A stretch of 64,000 nucleotides of DNA, taken from contig JBAZBY010000001.1 in the NCBI GenBank assembly GCA_041671225.1, positions 763,454 to 827,453 of the forward strand, written 5' to 3'. Positions 45,979 through 55,739 of the stretch are shown here, piece after piece. Under the pieces are notes generated by a model. That model saw nothing but the letters and a program-made list of their open reading frames with translations, made no database searches and was not told the DNA's origin. How positions within the stretch are numbered: position 1 is the first letter of the stretch; each line of letters starts with the position of its first letter. The DNA is from Patescibacteria group bacterium. Its GTDB lineage: Bacteria; Patescibacteriota; Patescibacteriia; JBAZBY01. A program made the position numbers and the translations under genes.

Positions 45979-46134
45979 AGCCGAGCTCCTTATGGAGGTT
46001 CATGTGGAAGGGCGAACTACACATTCTTTAGCAAATAGATATACCCTTGTCAATGTGTTATGCATTGCCTTCACTATCCCTCTTTTTTAGTGTATTCTTA
46101 GTGCGCTCATTCGTTTGCAATTAAGGGAAAATCT

Positions 46135-46590
46135 ATGACTTCCAGGCCATTTTTTCTGCTCATTTTATACTTCAGCGTCCTTGGTTCACTTCTTTCTGGA
46201 TACCTTTCTTACAACACGTTATTTCGATCCGAAGGATGCGGGCAGGCATTGATCACCTGCGGTGAAAAGCCAGTGGAATTCTTTGGTGTGAGTCAGTGCA
46301 TCTATGGCTTCATTTTCTTTGTGATCGTGCTTGTGGTGAGTATTTTGGGACTCACAATGAAGGATCGCGCAAAAAAGCTCATGAGCCTTGAGGTCTATCT
46401 TGGCATTGCGGGCACTCTTTTTGCTGGAGGCCTCTCATACTATGAATTGTGGATCCAAACACCAAAGCCCATGTCGATGCCATCGTGCGTGTATGGTTTC
46501 TTCTTATTCGGCGGTGTTCTGCTCACGGCATACCTTGCAAAGCAGGCACTGTTTTCATCAACAAATAATGCATCATATGACGGAGCCTAA
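46135..46590 (+). CDS. hypothetical membrane protein (VKOR-like features; weak)
   Basis: Four TM helices and a loop cysteine pair (CGQALITC). Confidence 0.4.
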   Translation: MTSRPFFLLILYFSVLGSLLSGYLSYNTLFRSEGCGQALITCGEKPVEFFGVSQCIYGFIFFVIVLVVSILGLTMKDRAKKLMSLEVYLGIAGTLFAGGLSYYELWIQTPKPMSMPSCVYGFFLFGGVLLTAYLAKQALFSSTNNASYDGA

Positions 46591-47326
46591 CGAATTACCA
46601 GGGGGAGCAGTGAAAGAAGAAAAGAAAAACGAACCGCAGCCGACTATAGATGAAGGAGGCAAAAAGAAAAAACGGCGTGTGTGGCCGTGGGTGACCCTTG
46701 GTGTTGTTATTGTGGTTCTCATTGTGCTTGTTGCCGTATCGGGTTTGTATTCCATACCCTTGCTCTCTGATCTTTTTGGCGCAGGTAATCCAAAGGATCT
46801 CGGAGTGACATATACAGAACAAGATGTTGCAAGTGCGGAAAAGAAGTTACTTTTTAATCTTAAGGGTACCTCAGAGGGGTATTCTCTCTTTAGCAATATG
46901 GAGTATGAAGGCAGTAAAGATGTTGATCAAACGCTAACATCATCAGAGCTTACTGCTTTTGCAAATACCTATATTCCGGATAATGACCTCTTCTCAAATA
47001 TGCAACTGAAAGTACGTGATGGAGGCATGGAAGTAAGTCTGCATGTTACGCCATACATAAATGCACCGGTGTATATTGCCGGGGATATTGCTAAAGCATC
47101 TGAAAAAGGAATTGCGTTGGATCTCACTGCACTCAAGGTTGGTCTGCTGCCTATTCCTGGAAATATCCTGCAACAAGTTGAAGACTTTGCAGAAGGCGTT
47201 ATCAATGACCGTATGCAGGACATCGATGGCTTCACCATAGAGACGTTGGAATTCACTGATGACGGTATTGTCTTTACGGGGACACATCCGAAGAGTAAAA
47301 CTCTCTCAGAAGGAGATTGGCTTTAA
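46577..47326 (+). CDS. hypothetical membrane-anchored protein
   Basis: A start at MTEPNEL is preferred. There is one TM helix (VWPWVTLGVVIVVLIVLVAV). Confidence 0.45.
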   Translation: MTEPNELPGGAVKEEKKNEPQPTIDEGGKKKKRRVWPWVTLGVVIVVLIVLVAVSGLYSIPLLSDLFGAGNPKDLGVTYTEQDVASAEKKLLFNLKGTSEGYSLFSNMEYEGSKDVDQTLTSSELTAFANTYIPDNDLFSNMQLKVRDGGMEVSLHVTPYINAPVYIAGDIAKASEKGIALDLTALKVGLLPIPGNILQQVEDFAEGVINDRMQDIDGFTIETLEFTDDGIVFTGTHPKSKTLSEGDWL

Positions 47327-47342
47327 TACGTAACCAAATACT

Positions 47343-48467
47343 ATGAAGAAAGTGATTTTATTTGCCGCCCTCGCATTGTTTCTTGCACCGAGCGTGGCAC
47401 ATGGCGCAACATTGCGCGCCGGCACTGATTATTCACTGCCCGCAGATGAAACAATTCAAGGCAGTCTCTACCTTGGTGCAGGGAGTGTAGCAATAAACGG
47501 TATCGTTGCGGGAGATCTCATTGCAGCGGGTGGCACCATCACGCTCAACGGTGAAGTGCAAGGCGATGTTCTTATCACAGGGGGGACGCTCTCTGTGAAT
47601 GGTAAGCTTGGCGGAGATGTACGTGTTGCAGGAGGAAATATTGACATCAATACTGAAGTTCCGGGGGATCTTGCAGTTGCAGGCGGGGACGTTGGTTTAT
47701 TGAGCGGAGGATCGGTTCGCGGCGATGTGCTTGCAGCAGGCGGCAATGTGAAGCTTGCCGGACCAGTTGATGGGAAAGTGAACGGCGCAGCCGGAACGTT
47801 CACCCTTTCAGGAATCGTGAGCGGTGATGTTGATGTGCATGCAGGTGAGTTGATTCTTGAAAGCGGGGCAAAACTCGGGGGCAACCTCACCTATGAGGCT
47901 GAACATGAAGCAACAATTTCCTCAGCGGCGACCATTGAAGGAACCATAAAGTACACAGAAGGGCGCTGGAATAATTTTAACTTTGCAATAGGCGGCGTGG
48001 CATTCGTTGGCTGGTTCATCGGTTTGCTCTCCATGGCTTTCTTTGTTGTTGTTTTGATGTTGCTCTTCCCGCGCTTCAGTGAAGCGGTCATTGAGCGAGG
48101 TATGAAGCAGTTTTGGCGCCAGGCACTCTATGGGCTCATTTTTCTTATTGTTGCACCGTTCGTAGGAGTATTTCTCTTTACAACGGTTGTCGGATGGATG
48201 CTTGGGCTTGCATTATTCACCATTTATGGACTCTTTGTGATGGTTGGTGCTGGTTATGGAAATATTTTGCTCGGTACGTACTTCATGAAACTTGTGCGCA
48301 AGAAGGAAGTCATGAAGCCGACATGGGCTATTGCGCTCCTGGGCGTGCTGCTCGCGACCTTCATTGGTTTTGTTCCCGTCATCGGATGGGCATTTGTGTT
48401 CATCTTTTTTGTTGCGGGTCTGGGTGCATTCTTTATGCACGATTGGCAAAAGATGCGGGGAGCATAA
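47343..48467 (+). CDS. bactofilin-like repeat protein with C-terminal TM helices
   Basis: A signal peptide is followed by reiterated GxxVxGD(L/V) beta-helical repeats and then four TM helices. Confidence 0.45.
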   Translation: MKKVILFAALALFLAPSVAHGATLRAGTDYSLPADETIQGSLYLGAGSVAINGIVAGDLIAAGGTITLNGEVQGDVLITGGTLSVNGKLGGDVRVAGGNIDINTEVPGDLAVAGGDVGLLSGGSVRGDVLAAGGNVKLAGPVDGKVNGAAGTFTLSGIVSGDVDVHAGELILESGAKLGGNLTYEAEHEATISSAATIEGTIKYTEGRWNNFNFAIGGVAFVGWFIGLLSMAFFVVVLMLLFPRFSEAVIERGMKQFWRQALYGLIFLIVAPFVGVFLFTTVVGWMLGLALFTIYGLFVMVGAGYGNILLGTYFMKLVRKKEVMKPTWAIALLGVLLATFIGFVPVIGWAFVFIFFVAGLGAFFMHDWQKMRGA

Positions 48468-48483
48468 CCTCATGACAGCACAC

Positions 48484-48513
48484 AAAGCGCCCCGGCATAC
48501 GGGGCGCTTTGGT
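48484..48513 (+). terminator. rho-independent terminator
   Basis: AAAGCGCCCCG-GCATA-CGGGGCGCTTT. Confidence 0.6.
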
Positions 48514-48551
48514 ATTGTGTGCATCTCGTTTATACTAAAGAGGTGAAGCCG

Positions 48552-49226
48552 ATGACAAAAACACTAAGCATTGCATTGGGCATATTTGTGCTTCTCCTTG
48601 TGCTTTCTGTCTTTCTTTACATTAATGATGTGACGCGTGAGTATCTCACTTCAGATACCCTTTTGCGAGAAAGCGTAGAGCGCTTTGGCATCTTTGCACC
48701 ACTTGTTGTCATTCTCTATCACATTGTACAGGTTATTATTGCGCCAATTCCAGGCCAACCTGCAGATATTGCAACAGGGTATCTCCTTGGGCCGTATATC
48801 GGTATTCCCACATCACTGATTGGGATCTATCTTGGCAGCCTTATTGCGATCATTCTTGCGCGCAGATTCGGCCGGCCGCTCGTCGATCATCTTGTACCCA
48901 GAAAAGCGGTTAGTAAGGTGGATCATTTTTTGGGAAAACGAAGCATGTGGTTCTATATTATTCTGTTCATCATCCCGATTTCTCCGGGCGATTTGCTTTG
49001 TTTTGCTTTGGGGCTCACCAAAATGCCAATATGGCGCACGCTCGTCGTTATTATTTTAGGTCGCACGCCAGTCGCCATAACCGCCGTACTTGTTGGTGCA
49101 AGCGGTAGATATTTCAGTCCATTAGAATTTCTTGGGATTGCGGGAATAGTCGTCATTGTCTTTCTTGCTCTCGTTCGTATATTGCCGCTTAAGCGCATTG
49201 AGCGATTTCATTTTTGGACGAACTAG
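48552..49226 (+). CDS. DedA/TVP38/TMEM64-family membrane protein
   Basis: APIPGQPADIATGYLLGPYIGIPTSLIGIYLGSLIAIILARRFGR. The SD AGGTGA precedes the ATG at 48552. Confidence 0.65.
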   Translation: MTKTLSIALGIFVLLLVLSVFLYINDVTREYLTSDTLLRESVERFGIFAPLVVILYHIVQVIIAPIPGQPADIATGYLLGPYIGIPTSLIGIYLGSLIAIILARRFGRPLVDHLVPRKAVSKVDHFLGKRSMWFYIILFIIPISPGDLLCFALGLTKMPIWRTLVVIILGRTPVAITAVLVGASGRYFSPLEFLGIAGIVVIVFLALVRILPLKRIERFHFWTN

Positions 49227-49257
49227 TATTTTTCGGCAAACATCGTAGACTACACAT

Positions 49258-49941
49258 ATGGCAATAAAGACACAGACGCACACGTCAACTGGTTTACTCA
49301 CAACAATCCTTATCGTACTTCTTTTAGGTATTGGCGGCGCAGGAATATGGTGGATTTTCTTTTATCAGGACAATGCTGCATCAGGCACTGCTGTGGCTCA
49401 GAAGAGTACCCAAGATGAAAATGGGGCTATCTTATTGCAAGCAGCTGAGAATGTCACTGTCGTGGAGAATCAGAATACCGCTATCATGCCCCCTGCTGCG
49501 ACTGAGAAGGATGCAGATAATGATGGTTTACCTGATGTGCAGGAAGATCTTTATGGCACGAGCAGCACCAATAGCGATACTGACAATGATGGTTTTCTTG
49601 ATGGCTACGAGATTGAACAACTCTATTCGCCGGTGGGCGAGGGGAGACTCTCTGCCGTATATGCTTTGACCGCATGTCTCACGGGGCAGTCGACAGAGGG
49701 AGTTGAGTTTACGAGCGAACTTGAAGAAGCAATCTGCGGCGCAGCTTCAGAATTATATACAGCATATCTTCTTAAAGAAGCTCATGATATTGCCGCAGCG
49801 CGCACACAACTCGTATTGGATCGTGTTGCGCGTTGTGACGCACTTTACGCCGCAGGCAGTAGTGAGAACTTCCTGTGCTCGGCGGCTCTGCAATATCTTT
49901 TTGTTCCACTGGTGAAAGAAGATGTAGTGAACGAGTCATGA
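49258..49941 (+). CDS. hypothetical secreted protein with Ca-binding-type DxDxDG repeats
   Basis: A TM or signal segment is followed by DADNDGLPD and DTDNDGFLDGYE. Confidence 0.4.
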   Translation: MAIKTQTHTSTGLLTTILIVLLLGIGGAGIWWIFFYQDNAASGTAVAQKSTQDENGAILLQAAENVTVVENQNTAIMPPAATEKDADNDGLPDVQEDLYGTSSTNSDTDNDGFLDGYEIEQLYSPVGEGRLSAVYALTACLTGQSTEGVEFTSELEEAICGAASELYTAYLLKEAHDIAAARTQLVLDRVARCDALYAAGSSENFLCSAALQYLFVPLVKEDVVNES

Positions 49942-50705
49942 GCCAATTCATTCATACGCGCAATGGAAAAAAACTTGCAGTCGTTGTTGATATTCCTGAG
50001 AATCCTCGAGGATTGGCGTTTGTGCTGCATGGATGGCGCGGATTCAAAGAACAGCCGCATATTGAGGCGATAGCAGAATCGTTTGTTGCAGACGATATTG
50101 TCTCAGTGAGGCTGGATACGCAAAATGCAGGTGGCGAGAGCGGGGGATCAGTCGATGATCTCACGATCACAGGAATGCAGGAAGATTTTGAGGATACCTT
50201 GGCATGGGCAGTAACGCAGCTGTGGTTCCGTACTCCATTTTTTGTTGCAGGCCACAGCGCTGGTGCGCACATCGTTGTACGGTATGCCGCGCAGAATCCA
50301 CAGGCGGTTTGTGGCGTGGTAAGCGCTTCTGCAATAGTTGATAATGATATTTTTCTTTCACAACACACTCCTGAGGAAATCCTCGACTGGAAGGAAAAAG
50401 GTTACCGCATGGTGCAGAGCCGAACGCAAAATCCAACAGGCGCAAAGATGACCTGGAAGTTCATTAATTCATACAATGGCGTTGATTTGCGAAAAATTGC
50501 CAAAGACCTTACGATGCCGGTTTTGATCATTGTTGGTGAAAACGATTCCATAACCGGCCCTGCCGTGCAGCAACTATGGTTTGAAAAAATTGCCGGCCTC
50601 CGGACAATGCATGTCATTCCCAATGGCAGGCACACACTTATTGATGCTTCAGACCTAACAGAGATTAAGGAAACGGTCACAGGCTGGCTTCATGAGCTTT
50701 TGTAG
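49938..50705 (+). CDS. alpha/beta-hydrolase fold protein
   Basis: The nucleophile elbow is GHSAGAH. The start overlaps the previous stop (ATGA). Confidence 0.7.
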   Translation: MSQFIHTRNGKKLAVVVDIPENPRGLAFVLHGWRGFKEQPHIEAIAESFVADDIVSVRLDTQNAGGESGGSVDDLTITGMQEDFEDTLAWAVTQLWFRTPFFVAGHSAGAHIVVRYAAQNPQAVCGVVSASAIVDNDIFLSQHTPEEILDWKEKGYRMVQSRTQNPTGAKMTWKFINSYNGVDLRKIAKDLTMPVLIIVGENDSITGPAVQQLWFEKIAGLRTMHVIPNGRHTLIDASDLTEIKETVTGWLHELL

Positions 50706-50745
50706 GTTGATGGATTTTTCACTCTTCATTTGATAGAATGAACGT

Positions 50746-51081
50746 ATGCGGGGGTATCGTTTTCTACAAAAAGGTACTGAAATAGTGTTCGTTATCGCCG
50801 AACTTTTTTTGCTATTGCGATTTGTCTTGAAGCTATTCAATGCAACAACAGATGCGACGTTCGTTGAGTGGCTCTACGCAACAACCGAACCACTTCTTGG
50901 TCCTTTTGTACGCATGTTCCCTGCGCCTTCATCAGAAGGCATGGTCATAGAATTCACTGCGCTCTTTGCGATCATCGTGTATGCGATCATCGGATTCTTG
51001 TTAAAGATAGCTCTCAAGGCTCTCAATGCGGCAACACGCGAACAAAATGCCCGTATCACCTCGCAAGAAGAAAAAAAATAA
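50746..51081 (+). CDS. YggT-family membrane protein
   Basis: Two TM helices in a YGGT-like pattern. Confidence 0.55.
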   Translation: MRGYRFLQKGTEIVFVIAELFLLLRFVLKLFNATTDATFVEWLYATTEPLLGPFVRMFPAPSSEGMVIEFTALFAIIVYAIIGFLLKIALKALNAATREQNARITSQEEKK

Positions 51082-51082
51082 T

Positions 51083-51580
51083 ATGCGCATACTTCTCATT
51101 TACGGCACAAATACCAGCGGCACCTATGAGGCAGGCACCGTGATACGCGATGTTTTTAAAAAGCATCGCCATACCGTTACGCTGAAAGCAGCAAAAAATA
51201 CCAAACCACAGGATGTAAAAAGGTATGATGCGGCCATCTTTGCGTCATGTACATGGGGAAAGCTTGATAAAACGGGAAAGTATCCTGTGTGGCTGGAAGG
51301 GCAGATGCATTGGGATTGGGATCAGCTTGCTGCAAAGTTTAAAAAAAGTTCTCTCAAAGGAACTCCCATTGCTGTTGTTGGGTTAGGGGATTCAAACTAT
51401 AAATATTTTTGCCGAGCGGCAACGTATCTGGAAGATATTGTGAAGCTAACCGAGGCGAAGAAAATTGGCACGAGCTTGCGCATTGACCGTTTTCACCATA
51501 CGCTTCGCGAAAATCGCCGGAAGGTAGAACAGTGGGCTGATGCAACGGCGCGTCGGTTCTCCAAACTTACGCACGCATAA
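51083..51580 (+). CDS. flavodoxin-like protein
   Basis: ILLIYGTNTSGTYEAG is a flavodoxin-type FMN-binding N-terminus. Confidence 0.5.
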   Translation: MRILLIYGTNTSGTYEAGTVIRDVFKKHRHTVTLKAAKNTKPQDVKRYDAAIFASCTWGKLDKTGKYPVWLEGQMHWDWDQLAAKFKKSSLKGTPIAVVGLGDSNYKYFCRAATYLEDIVKLTEAKKIGTSLRIDRFHHTLRENRRKVEQWADATARRFSKLTHA

Positions 51581-51590
51581 AACTGCGCAC

Positions 51591-53456
51591 GTGAAGAAAA
51601 AGCAGCAGAAGCAAGAATCAGTACCCGACATCGAGCAACTCGCACGGCTCGCGCGTTTGAATATCCTTCGCATGACAACGCGCGCTGGATCCGGGCATCC
51701 AACGTCATCACTTTCTTCTGTTGAGCTTTTGGCAACGCTCTTTTTTGGCGGCTTTTTTCGAGCAAAACCAAAACAACCGTCATATGAAAACAATGATCGA
51801 TTCATTCTTTCAAAGGGTCATGCCGCGCCGCTGCTTTATGCGTTATACGCCGTTGCAGGAATAATCCCTGAAAAGGAACTCTGGACGCTGCGCAAAAAGA
51901 AAGGGCGTCTGCAGGGTCATCCCATGCCTGATTTTCCTTATGCGGAGCTTCCAACAGGCTCGCTCGGGCAAGGCCTTTCAGCTGGTATCGGGTTGGCGCT
52001 GAACGCGCGCTTTGAAAATTTGACCTATCACACGTTTGTGTTGCTCGGAGATAGCGAAATGGCAGAAGGATCCGTTTGGGAAGCCATTCAGCTTGCCGGG
52101 CATGAAAAGCTCGATAACCTCATTGCGATCGTTGATGTGAATGCGCTTGGTCAAAGCGGCCCAACGATGTGGGGCGGGAATCTCCAAACATATGTCAATC
52201 AGGTGAAGGATTTCGGCTGGCAAACGCTTGTAGTTGATGGGCATAACCCAAAGGCAATAGCAAAAGCGTATGCCGCCGCAATGAAGGAGCATCGCAGACC
52301 TGTGATGATCATTGCAAAAACAGTCAAAGGAAAAGGCGTTTCCTTCATAGAAGGGAAGTGGGGTTGGCACGGAAAGGTGCTTTCCAAAAAAGAATTAGCA
52401 CGCGCAGAAAAGGAACTCGGGGTGGTGAACCACAAGGTGCGCGGACATTTTGTAATTCCAGACGCGTTACCCATTACGCACATCAAGGCGCAGAAGGTTC
52501 AGGAGCCGCACTATGCTCAGCATGCACTCGTTGCTCCGCGTAAGGCATTTGGCGCTGGTATTCTCCGGCTCGCAAAAGCATATCCGCATATGGTTGTATT
52601 GGATAGTGAAGTTCGCAATTCAACATTCACCGAGGATTTTGCCGACGAGCGCCGCGGACGTTTTTATCAAACATACATTGCGGAACAGAATATGGTGGGC
52701 ATTGCGACAGGTCTCGCTTCGCGCGGGCTCCTGCCGGTCCTTTCAACATTCGCGGCATTTTTCACCCGCGCGCATGACCAGATACGCATGGCGCAATATA
52801 CGGGAACGCATCAGGTCTATGTTGGGACGCATCCTGGAGTCGCTATCGGCCCTGATGGCGCATCGCAGATGGGACTTGAGGATATCGGGATGTTCCGCGC
52901 CCTCGAGAAGAGCATTGTGCTGTATCCTGCCGATGCTTATGCCACGGAGAGGCTTTTGCAGAGCGCCTTGGATGCAAAGGGGCTTGTGTATATCCGCGCG
53001 ACTCGCGGGGAGCTGCCAGTATTGTATAATGCAAAAACAGTATTTTCTATTGGAAAAAGCCGCACCTTGTTAACGAGTAAAAAGGATCGCATAACGCTTG
53101 TTGCTGCAGGTGTGACACTTCATGAAGCACTTGTGGCCGCGAGAACGCTTGCAACAAAGCACATCGCAGTACGCGTCATTGATCTGTATAGCATCAAGCC
53201 AATCGATGCAGTAACGCTGCGCAGAGCAGCAAAAGAAACCGGCGCATTGCTCGTTGTGGAAGATCATCGTCCTGAAGGCGGCATGGCCGAGGCAGTCCGC
53301 ACTGCATTGGGGACAGATGCGGGAGCGGTACATTCCCTTGCAGTAACAGGAATACCGCACAGCGGCTCTTCAGAAGAGTTACTGTGCGCACACGGGATCG
53401 ATCAAAAAGCAATAATAAAGAAAGTACGAGAAATAGTTACAATGAAGGAACATTGA
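51591..53456 (+). CDS. tkt: transketolase
   Basis: The thiamine-diphosphate-binding segment is RMTTRAGSGHPTSSLS...GSLGQGLS...GDSEMAEGSVWEA. The C-terminal domain is a transketolase pyrimidine/C-terminal domain. The start is ambiguous (a GTG at 51591 is proposed; the ORF is open from 51540). Confidence 0.85.
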   Translation: MKKKQQKQESVPDIEQLARLARLNILRMTTRAGSGHPTSSLSSVELLATLFFGGFFRAKPKQPSYENNDRFILSKGHAAPLLYALYAVAGIIPEKELWTLRKKKGRLQGHPMPDFPYAELPTGSLGQGLSAGIGLALNARFENLTYHTFVLLGDSEMAEGSVWEAIQLAGHEKLDNLIAIVDVNALGQSGPTMWGGNLQTYVNQVKDFGWQTLVVDGHNPKAIAKAYAAAMKEHRRPVMIIAKTVKGKGVSFIEGKWGWHGKVLSKKELARAEKELGVVNHKVRGHFVIPDALPITHIKAQKVQEPHYAQHALVAPRKAFGAGILRLAKAYPHMVVLDSEVRNSTFTEDFADERRGRFYQTYIAEQNMVGIATGLASRGLLPVLSTFAAFFTRAHDQIRMAQYTGTHQVYVGTHPGVAIGPDGASQMGLEDIGMFRALEKSIVLYPADAYATERLLQSALDAKGLVYIRATRGELPVLYNAKTVFSIGKSRTLLTSKKDRITLVAAGVTLHEALVAARTLATKHIAVRVIDLYSIKPIDAVTLRRAAKETGALLVVEDHRPEGGMAEAVRTALGTDAGAVHSLAVTGIPHSGSSEELLCAHGIDQKAIIKKVREIVTMKEH

Positions 53457-53475
53457 TTGAAAGGAGGTGACGAGT

Positions 53476-53589
53476 ATGGAAACATGTCCAAAGTGCAGTA
53501 TGGAAGTAGAGGATATGGAGGCACATATGGCAGAAGCGCACGCCGATGAAGCAATGGATGATATGCCACCTGAAGAAGATTCAATGTAG
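53476..53589 (+). CDS. small hypothetical protein (37 aa; CPKC motif, acidic tail)
   Basis: A strong SD AAGGAGGTGA lies 7 nt upstream and a terminator hairpin follows. The ORF is below the 60-aa ORF-track cutoff. Confidence 0.35.
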   Translation: METCPKCSMEVEDMEAHMAEAHADEAMDDMPPEEDSM

Positions 53590-53600
53590 TTTTAATACAA

Positions 53601-53637
53601 AAAAAGGAAAGAGCGCCATACGGCGCTTTTTCTTATT
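53601..53637. terminator. bidirectional rho-independent terminator
   Basis: An A-run, AGCGCC-ATAC-GGCGCT, then TTTTCTT, between convergent genes. Confidence 0.65.
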
Positions 53638-54055
53638 ATACGCGCTGAAAATCAATGTCGCCATTTTCCTGAAGCACGGCCAGATACGATTCAACATGAA
53701 GACCCGGAAATGCCTTTCTGAGCACCACTTCCGCTTCCTTCAGATCCTTTTCATGTACACGGCGCTCGCTCTGGACGTCTGGGAATGCCGCGCTTCCGCC
53801 ATATGCGCTGCAGTCCGTATGATTCATGAGTATGACCCGCGACGTCTTATGGAGCTTCTGTGAAAGCGCCACGTGCTCCATGAGCATAACATGCTTCGCG
53901 CTATTGGCATCGGCAAGGTCCTTTGCCGCGCCAGCGATGGAGAGGATATCCGCGTCGCCGCAAAGACCTTGCGGTTCCAGAAAGCCGTAGTGGATGCCTT
54001 TTTCCAAACGAAAATCCATACAGCGGATAAGTAATGTTGAACAATGATGTGTCAT
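53636..54055 (-). CDS. beta-carbonic-anhydrase-like protein
   Basis: CMDFR matches the CxDxR motif and HTDCSAYGG matches the HxxC motif. Confidence 0.45.
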   Translation of the reverse strand: MTHHCSTLLIRCMDFRLEKGIHYGFLEPQGLCGDADILSIAGAAKDLADANSAKHVMLMEHVALSQKLHKTSRVILMNHTDCSAYGGSAAFPDVQSERRVHEKDLKEAEVVLRKAFPGLHVESYLAVLQENGDIDFQRV

Positions 54056-55581
54056 AGTCGTTTAGCGTTCTTTGTTCGCTCGGCAAGTTTCCTTGCGAGT
54101 TCTTGCGTTAATTGATCATCTTTTAAACGCCAATCCCAATTCCCCTTGATGCGCCCCGGACGGTTCATGCATGCCGACCCTGGCAGGTTTAAAATGTCCT
54201 GCATCGGCGCGATTGTCATGACGGACGAGGAGTTCCATACAGCATCAAGCGCAGCATTCGTGATATTCTTGTCATCGCTCCGCAAGATCCTCCGTGCGAA
54301 CGCCAGCCTTCTTTTGATACCACGCGCCGTGCGCGAGCCGCGCTTCGTGGGCTTTTCTGTGAACCATCCGCGGAAGGTATTGTTGTCATGCGTTCCGGTG
54401 TATCCGATGGTGTGTTTTGGATAATTCTGCGGCAAATGGAAATTCTGCGGATCAAGGCTCCCCAGGCCGAACTGCAGAACGCGCAAGCCCGGGAGTTTCA
54501 GTTCATCACGCAGCATGTGTACCGTATCGGTGATATCACCAAGATCCTCGACGATGAAGGGGAGTGTTCCGATATGCTTTTTGAGTGCAGTAAAAAGCGC
54601 TTTGCCCGGACCGGGCTGCCATTGGCCGTTCCTTGCCGTGTGCTCGCGCGCGGGGACCTCCCAGAACGAGAGATAGCCGCGGAAATGATCGAGCTTAATG
54701 AGGGAGAAGTATTCAAGCGTCGCATCCATCCGTTCAATCATGAGCTTCCACCCTTCACGCTTAACCTGGCGCCAGCGGTATGTCGGGTTTCCCCAGAACT
54801 GGCCATTCTCATTGAAATAATCCCCGGGAACTCCCGCGATCAGTTCGAACCTGCCGGTTTTCTCGCTGACGTTGAAGCAGCGCTGCTGCGCCCAGACGTC
54901 TTCGCTGTCGTGCGCGGGGTAAAAGGCAAAGTTGCCGATGAATTGCACTCCATAGTGCTCTGCATATGTGCGGAGGCGATGCCACTGCACACTGAACTGC
55001 CATTGCAGAAACTGATGATATCTGATCTCCTCTTTCAGATCCAGTGTTGCTTTTTTCAGTGCAATTGGCTCGGCAGCGCGAAGATCCGCAGGCCATTCCC
55101 ACCAGGGCCTTCCTTTGAATTGATACTTGAGCGCCATAAAGAGTGAGAATCGGCGCAGCCATGGTACGGAAGCGGCAAAGTCGTGGAAGTGCGCTTTTGC
55201 GGCGGGGTGATGATGCTGTTCAATAAAACGCGCGTATGCCTTCCGGAGAATGCGTCTTTTCCATCGCGTTGCGATATGAAAATCCACTCGCCCTTCCGGG
55301 AAGGAGGGGGCATGCGCAATATCCCTTTGCGTCAGCCAGCCGTCCCGGACAAGGTCTTCGGGTGAGAGCAGTAATGCGTTGCCGGCCTTGGTTGAGTATG
55401 CAGAGAATGGGGAATTCACATGGCCAGTGGGGCCGATGGGCAGCATCTCCCACCATGTTTGTTTTGCTGCAGCAAGCCAGTCAACAAAGTGCCGCGCCTC
55501 AGGCCCAAGATCGCCGATGCCAAATCGGCCAGGGAGGGACGTGGGATGGAGAAGGATTCCAGATGAACGTTTGAGTTGCAT
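54052..55581 (-). CDS. malQ: 4-alpha-glucanotransferase (amylomaltase, GH77)
   Basis: RSSGILLHPTSLPGRFGIGDLG...WWEMLPIGPTG. Confidence 0.9.
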   Translation of the reverse strand: MQLKRSSGILLHPTSLPGRFGIGDLGPEARHFVDWLAAAKQTWWEMLPIGPTGHVNSPFSAYSTKAGNALLLSPEDLVRDGWLTQRDIAHAPSFPEGRVDFHIATRWKRRILRKAYARFIEQHHHPAAKAHFHDFAASVPWLRRFSLFMALKYQFKGRPWWEWPADLRAAEPIALKKATLDLKEEIRYHQFLQWQFSVQWHRLRTYAEHYGVQFIGNFAFYPAHDSEDVWAQQRCFNVSEKTGRFELIAGVPGDYFNENGQFWGNPTYRWRQVKREGWKLMIERMDATLEYFSLIKLDHFRGYLSFWEVPAREHTARNGQWQPGPGKALFTALKKHIGTLPFIVEDLGDITDTVHMLRDELKLPGLRVLQFGLGSLDPQNFHLPQNYPKHTIGYTGTHDNNTFRGWFTEKPTKRGSRTARGIKRRLAFARRILRSDDKNITNAALDAVWNSSSVMTIAPMQDILNLPGSACMNRPGRIKGNWDWRLKDDQLTQELARKLAERTKNAKRL

Positions 55582-55739
55582 GCCCTAATATTTTAGCATA
55601 GGATTGATTTATATGGCATTCACAAAGCTCGGCGTGCACACCATTCTCTACAAGAATTTCAAACAGATGCGGAAAGATGTAACGAGAATTTTACACTCGG
55701 GAAGTTGAATAACACCGCTATCCGTGCCATACTAGCCAT

